A stretch of 64,000 nucleotides of DNA from Silvanigrellaceae bacterium (GTDB taxonomy: Bacteria; Bdellovibrionota_B; Oligoflexia; Silvanigrellales; Silvanigrellaceae): positions 15,360 to 79,359 of the forward strand of contig JBIIEI010000012.1 in assembly GCA_044237915.1 (NCBI GenBank), read 5' to 3'. Of the stretch, positions 59,326 through 64,000 are shown in pieces (the first letter of the stretch is position 1; every line of letters begins with the position of its first letter). Below the pieces are notes generated by a model that was given only the letters and a program-made list of their open reading frames with translations, was not told the DNA's origin and searched no databases. The translations under genes were made by a program, and so were the position numbers.

Positions 59326-60309
59326 ATGGGATTTGCGACGATGTTTTTCTTAGGCGTACTAGCACTTGTGGTCTTTATTATTGTCAAAGGTATTTATATT
59401 GTCCGTCAAAGTGAAGCCGTGGTGGTTGAACGCCTCGGAAAATTTCACCATATTATGGCTTCAGGACCCAACATTTTAATTCCTCTGATCGATCAAACAA
59501 GGCAGGTCATGTGGGTCAAAAACAACATCATGTACCCCCTCGATCGCGTCGACCTTCGTGAAGTCGTTCTTGATGTGCCCGAACAGCGCGTGATTACCAA
59601 AGACAATGTGGGAATCGTTGTGGATGCACTCATCTATGTTCAAATCACGGATGTCATGAGAGCGGTTTATGAAATTCAGAATCTTCCCATTGCTGTTGGT
59701 CAGCTGACGCAAACCACCTTGCGTAACCTTATTGGGGAAATGGAACTCGATGCCACGCTTTCGAGCCGTGATGCTATCAATACCCGACTTAAAATGGTGC
59801 TCGACGAAGCCACCGACAAATGGGGCCTCAAGGTCAACCGCGTCGAACTTAAAAACATCAATCCACCCATGGATGTACAAACTGCCATGGAAAAACAAAT
59901 GCAAGCCGAACGCGAACGACGGGCACAAGTTCTTTCAGCAGAGGGTTCTAAACAAAGCCGCGTACTCGAAGCCGAAGGTGACAAAAAATCGCGTATCGAA
60001 CGCTCCGAAGGCGAAATGCAAGAAAAAATTAACCAAGCCTTGGGAGATCGTGAGGCACTTATTCAACGCGCAGAAGGTAATGCAAAGTCAATTGAAGCCA
60101 TCGCTTTTGCACAAGCCAATGCTATTGAGGCCGTCAAAAAGGCCTTTGGAAGCCCTGATGTTGCTGCAAATTACTTGGTGGCCATGGAATACTTGAAAAA
60201 ATATGGTGAGATGACTCAAAAACCTACCGATAAAGTATTTATTCCTTATGAGGCAAGCGCCGTTCTTTCCTCTTTGGGTGGCATGAAAGAAATGTTGGAA
60301 AAGCGGTAA
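59326..60309 (+). CDS. SPFH/band-7 (stomatin-like) protein
   Basis: N-terminal TM helix; SPFH core (IYIVRQSEAVVVERLGKF…VITKDNVGIVVDALIYVQI…); coiled-coil C-terminus; GAGGAGG RBS. Confidence 0.85.
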   Translation: MGFATMFFLGVLALVVFIIVKGIYIVRQSEAVVVERLGKFHHIMASGPNILIPLIDQTRQVMWVKNNIMYPLDRVDLREVVLDVPEQRVITKDNVGIVVDALIYVQITDVMRAVYEIQNLPIAVGQLTQTTLRNLIGEMELDATLSSRDAINTRLKMVLDEATDKWGLKVNRVELKNINPPMDVQTAMEKQMQAERERRAQVLSAEGSKQSRVLEAEGDKKSRIERSEGEMQEKINQALGDREALIQRAEGNAKSIEAIAFAQANAIEAVKKAFGSPDVAANYLVAMEYLKKYGEMTQKPTDKVFIPYEASAVLSSLGGMKEMLEKR

Positions 60310-60528
60310 ATTGTTTCTTTAAAGCTGGAATACTCGTCAACTCAATCTCCGCACCTCACCCTCTTAAATGCGCAGTTTCCATCTTTTCTTTTTGAGCGAT
60401 TAAAAAAAACATTCCATTTAAAAATCCTGCAAGTCGAAGGACAAATTTACTGCGCCCTTCAATATAATTTCACTTGAGCTATTATCGATGCAGAATTTTT
60501 GTTCCTTTTCCATCGGAGGAGATCAGTC

Positions 60529-62436
60529 ATGTTTTATCGTAATCAAAGTCCTCATTCCTCAGATTTATCAACTCAGGGAGAAGGGAATCCCAGTTGGGAT
60601 CTCACGTCGATTTACACTCACTTTGAAGACCATAAAATAGATTCTGATTTTTTCGATGCCTATCGAGTCATCGAAGAAATAAAACATTCAAATAAAGTGC
60701 TGATTTCGGGAATTGAAAATGGAGATCTCCAAAATTCAGAGCTCGCAGCGGAGTTCACCAGCTTAGTTACCCAAACGTACCTGAAAGTGGACAAATTGAT
60801 CACACTTGCAGATCTCTTTTACCACTATGCTTCCATGCATCTTTCAACCGATGGAAACAACAGCGAGGCAAAGGCTCTCCGCATCAAAGCGCTTTCACTC
60901 TTGACCATTATCGAAGAGGAAAAGGTTCCCCTTAAAATGGCGCTCACAAGAGCACCAGATGCTTTTCTGGAACAATTGCTCTCCATCCCCGAAATGAAAC
61001 CGTTTAAATTTGATGTGCAGAGGCAAAGACAAGTTCGCGAGAATCTCTTGACCCTTCAAGAGGAACGCCTCCTGGCTTCGTTCTCAGATTCAGGCCATCA
61101 GGCTTGGGGAATTCTTTATACTAGCTTGGCCTCATCCATCCGCTGCACACTTCGTGTGCCAGAAAAGGCAGAACAAGAGGTGAGCCTCGCAGAAGCCAGT
61201 CAATACCTTTATGGAGGCAATGAGCCCCTGCGCAAAGCAGCTTGGACCGCCATCAATAAGGGTTGGGGCCAGCATCGAGAAACCTGCGCAGCCATCCTGA
61301 ATGCCTTGGCAGACTGGCGCATTACGGAAGATAAAAAACGCTCTCACACAAAAACTGTCCACTTTTTAGATGCAGCACTCCTTGAGAACAGATTGAGCCG
61401 CGAAACCCTTGAGGCCATGTTCTCGGTTGTTGCTCAGGCGAAAGAACTCGGACAAAAATTCAATCGATTGAGAGCCCGCATTCTGGGCAAAGAAAAACTC
61501 GATCCCTGGGATCTCCAGGCCGCCCCACCTGCTCGATTAAACAAAGCAACAAATCAAACATACTCTTTTAGCGAAGCCATAGAGATCATCAAAAAACCAC
61601 TTCAAAAGATAGATCCAGAATTCCCACAATTTATTGATACCCTGTGCCAGAAAAAATGGATTGAAACAGGAACGACAGGCGCACGAAGTGCAGGGGCGTA
61701 TTGCGTTCTACTGTCCCATATTGGTCAGACGCGAGTTTATATTCCCTTTCAAGGGGGACTCGGACACATCAAAACCCTTGCTCACGAATTGGGTCATGCC
61801 TTTCACAACAGCACGGTATTTGACCTTCCAACGATTGAACAGATTTATCCGAATACTCTTGCAGAGACCGCAAGCATGTTTATGGAAACAACGGTGCTCA
61901 AAGACCTCATTTCGCAAGAAGTCGATCTGTCCGAGCGTTTAAAAATGTGCTGGACAGAAGCCGAAATGGCCACCACCAATCTTTTGAATATCCCAAGCCG
62001 TTTTTACTTTGAATCCAAACTGTATGAGCAAAAGAATTCGAAAAGTTATTCTCCTGATGAACTCAGCACCATGATGAAAAATGTGTGGGAAGAATGGTAT
62101 GGCGACACCCTCACACAAATGGATGACATGCTCTGGTGCAGTAAACTACATTTCTACAAAACATATCAAAGATTCTACAACTTCCCCTACACGTTTGGGT
62201 ATCTGTTTAGTCTTGCACTTGTCGACCTCCAAGAAAAAAAACCAGAAGAATTCTTCCCCCGCTTCAAAGACCTGCTCAAAAATACAGGCCGCATGACAGT
62301 CGAAGAACTGGTGAGTTTACACCTTGGAGAAGACACCACGTCAACCTCCTTTTGGCAGAAGAGCATTACCATACTTGAAAAGAAAGCCGATGTTTTTGAA
62401 CAGTCCATAGATGCCTGGCTTGCATTAAATTCTTGA
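60529..62436 (+). CDS. pepF: Oligoendopeptidase F (M3B family)
   Basis: HEXXH zinc motif (AHELGHAFH) in M3 context; GGAGGA RBS before ATG 60529. Confidence 0.85.
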   Translation: MFYRNQSPHSSDLSTQGEGNPSWDLTSIYTHFEDHKIDSDFFDAYRVIEEIKHSNKVLISGIENGDLQNSELAAEFTSLVTQTYLKVDKLITLADLFYHYASMHLSTDGNNSEAKALRIKALSLLTIIEEEKVPLKMALTRAPDAFLEQLLSIPEMKPFKFDVQRQRQVRENLLTLQEERLLASFSDSGHQAWGILYTSLASSIRCTLRVPEKAEQEVSLAEASQYLYGGNEPLRKAAWTAINKGWGQHRETCAAILNALADWRITEDKKRSHTKTVHFLDAALLENRLSRETLEAMFSVVAQAKELGQKFNRLRARILGKEKLDPWDLQAAPPARLNKATNQTYSFSEAIEIIKKPLQKIDPEFPQFIDTLCQKKWIETGTTGARSAGAYCVLLSHIGQTRVYIPFQGGLGHIKTLAHELGHAFHNSTVFDLPTIEQIYPNTLAETASMFMETTVLKDLISQEVDLSERLKMCWTEAEMATTNLLNIPSRFYFESKLYEQKNSKSYSPDELSTMMKNVWEEWYGDTLTQMDDMLWCSKLHFYKTYQRFYNFPYTFGYLFSLALVDLQEKKPEEFFPRFKDLLKNTGRMTVEELVSLHLGEDTTSTSFWQKSITILEKKADVFEQSIDAWLALNS

Positions 62437-62651
62437 AGGGCATGACTTCAAATCTGACTTTCACTGTTCCAAGAGATCGTCATTGTAAAAAATTGTTCTC
62501 ACTCTCCAAAAAAATGTCCATCGACTTCTATTGGACTTCCCCTGCTAGAAAAAGCTCTTCTGGCAGAAGCTCCTGTTTCTCCCAGTTCCCGCGAAATTTT
62601 TCCTACTGTCCCAAGCCAAGAAATTAAAAGTTTTGCTCCTCTTGCAAATAA

Positions 62652-62948
62652 AAACACTTCCACGCAAATATTGCCAAACGGGTATTAGATGGTGCTGTTC
62701 CTTCAAAAGCTGGAAATGGCACTGGCCCTACACGGAAGTATGACAAGGACGGAGGGCAAGAGGCAAAAGACAGAGATTTCGAAAAAATAGATGGAACGGC
62801 AGTAGAAGTAAAAGAGGGAGTTTGGGTTAAAACTTTGCCAGATGGAACGAAAGTGGTATCGAGAAACTGGTCAACTGAGGACGGCAAACCTACGTTCGAA
62901 ATTCAGCCTCCCGAAGGCAAAGAAAGAATAAAAATAAGGTATCATTAG
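62652..62948 (+). pseudogene. Start-less 99-codon open frame: possible 3' remnant of a toxin-like gene, translationally coupled to the next gene
   Basis: Frame 0 is open from the TAA at 62649 to the TAG at 62946, with no ATG/GTG/TTG in the first 61 codons. Translation is protein-like (…GTGPTRKYDKDGGQEAKDRDFEKIDGTAVEVKEGVWVKTLPDGTKVVSRNWSTEDGKPTFEIQ…KIRYH). The stop is 1 nt before the ATG of 62950. Confidence 0.25.
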
Positions 62949-62949
62949 G

Positions 62950-63375
62950 ATGTTTAAACCTTGGCCAACTCCATTTGAAAATGAAAAACACCTCGTTGTG
63001 GACGGAATTATTCAGCTTGATTGCAAAATTTATTTCGTACTCTGTTCAGATGAAAAAAATTATCTTATAGAATCTAAAAGAAAGTATCCTTATCGCATTA
63101 TGGATGAATCATACGCTTACATAAAGGATGAAATAGAAGAAGGATACATCGCAAGAACAAAAAGCTCAGTTGCGGAGGACTCGGCTTTTTTACAACTCCT
63201 TTGCAGCAATGCAATTTTTAATTCGGAGCATCAAAATAATCCTTTTAAGCATTATTTGATACGAGCATCGGATGAAGTTATTAATTTAGTATCAGACGAA
63301 GAACCCCTCGTTTCGATTTTTTCCGATCCAACGGGTGAGTTTTTGCGTAATCTTATTTTACGTAACAAATTTTAA
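62950..63375 (+). CDS. Small cytoplasmic hypothetical protein, paralog A (immunity-protein-like)
   Basis: 141 aa; AT-rich; shares PWxTxFxNEK, PYRIMDxSYAY, AEDSxF, NPFKHY and LVS motifs with the adjacent gene. Confidence 0.55.
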   Translation: MFKPWPTPFENEKHLVVDGIIQLDCKIYFVLCSDEKNYLIESKRKYPYRIMDESYAYIKDEIEEGYIARTKSSVAEDSAFLQLLCSNAIFNSEHQNNPFKHYLIRASDEVINLVSDEEPLVSIFSDPTGEFLRNLILRNKF

Positions 63376-63404
63376 GACTAATTTAATAATGAAAATAAGG
63401 TGCA

Positions 63405-63842
63405 ATGAATATCTTTAATCCTTGGAAAACATTGTTTTCAAATGAAAAAAATCTACAAGTTGATGCGGTTTTACAGTTTGGATATCACCTCAATATCGTT
63501 CTTAAATCTGGAGAAACTAGGTATCATATAGAATCGAACAGACGTCATCCGTATCGCATCATGGATAAATCCTATGCATATTTAGGTGCAGAAAATGAAG
63601 AGGGCCGCAATACTACCACAAATTGCTCATTTGCAGAGGATTCCGTTTTCATAAAATTGCTCAGTAGCGATCCCATGTTTAGCATGGAACATGAAGACAA
63701 CCCTTTTAAGCATTATGTAATCAAAACTCAAGATGAGATCATAGATTTGGTTTCAAATGACGCACCTGTTGTTACCATACTTACCGAGTCAACAGAAAAT
63801 TTTTTGTGCCAACTTCTATTGATAAATGAGAATTTAGATTAG
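63405..63842 (+). CDS. Small cytoplasmic hypothetical protein, paralog B (immunity-protein-like)
   Basis: 145 aa; roughly 40-45% identical by eye to paralog A along its full length; same AT-rich context. Confidence 0.55.
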   Translation: MNIFNPWKTLFSNEKNLQVDAVLQFGYHLNIVLKSGETRYHIESNRRHPYRIMDKSYAYLGAENEEGRNTTTNCSFAEDSVFIKLLSSDPMFSMEHEDNPFKHYVIKTQDEIIDLVSNDAPVVTILTESTENFLCQLLLINENLD

Positions 63843-64000
63843 GGTACTGAGGTGCAAAATTGTGCTGCAAGGAGAACTTTATGAAAACTGAAGTCATGAC
63901 ACCACCAGCAGAGCTGGTGGTTTGAATTCGTGAACCGCTCAAAGCGGTTTATTGGGAGTCGCAATTCTTGCGACGTGATTTGTTACCTCTGCTTACGCAG

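Noticed and set aside
62433-62627. 64-aa TTG-start ORF overlapping the pepF stop, in the same frame as the downstream start-less open frame
   Set aside because: S/P/R/K-rich composition typical of non-coding sequence, and separated from the protein-like segment by two stop codons; not treated as part of the toxin-like remnant.
62624-62887. 87-aa minus-strand ORF antisense to the start-less frame
   Set aside because: S/P/F-rich shadow frame with no RBS; the plus-strand frame is more protein-like and is coupled to the next gene.
1-64000. CRISPR arrays, transposases, integrases, rRNA
   Set aside because: No regularly spaced direct repeats, and no DDE or tyrosine-recombinase-like ORFs, were seen on either strand by eye.

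Overview
This is a 64 kb chromosomal segment from a Gram-negative bacterium. Gene density is about 90% on both strands, GC content is moderate, and there are several markedly AT-rich patches. The Gram-negative call rests on Lgt, a LolA-like protein and many lipobox-bearing lipoproteins. The gene content (a cdaA-cdaR-glmM c-di-AMP operon, many lineage-specific secreted proteins and lipoproteins, an ankyrin-like protein) loosely resembles Bdellovibrio-and-like organisms, but that is inference only. Housekeeping genes recognised: lgt, rmuC, a polar-amino-acid ABC transporter, trpD with a trpC-like gene, glmM, cdaR, cdaA, a LOG-family gene, a CapA-family gene, a P5C-dehydrogenase-like aldehyde dehydrogenase, a CCA-adding enzyme, a divergent GT2/GT-C glycosyltransferase pair, der, an rsmB-like methyltransferase, fabG, tRNA-Leu(UAA), a hybrid histidine kinase, a five-gene Yej/Opp-type peptide ABC operon, an NfeD-SPFH pair, and pepF. 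No transposase, integrase, CRISPR array or rRNA was seen. The most unusual items are described next. (1) At the 3' end of the window, a start-less 99-codon open frame is translationally coupled (stop-1 nt-ATG) to the first of two tandem, diverged paralogous small genes in AT-rich DNA. This architecture resembles an orphan polymorphic-toxin C-terminal remnant with immunity genes. (2) Two genes, an ABC exporter and a small lipoprotein, are each split by a 1-nt indel inside a poly-A homopolymer. (3) A secreted lipoprotein has a protein-glutaminase-like Cys-His-Asp triad and an overlapping macro-like partner gene. (4) Downstream of tRNA-Leu is a cluster of secreted hydrolase-like proteins: a miniature DUF2235/Tle1-like protein, a YiiX-like permuted-papain domain protein, and an unknown 209-aa protein. 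(5) CdaA carries a ~190-aa low-complexity C-terminal extension. (6) A membrane-anchored protein has a Thr/Asp-repeat linker encoded by slippage-prone repetitive DNA.
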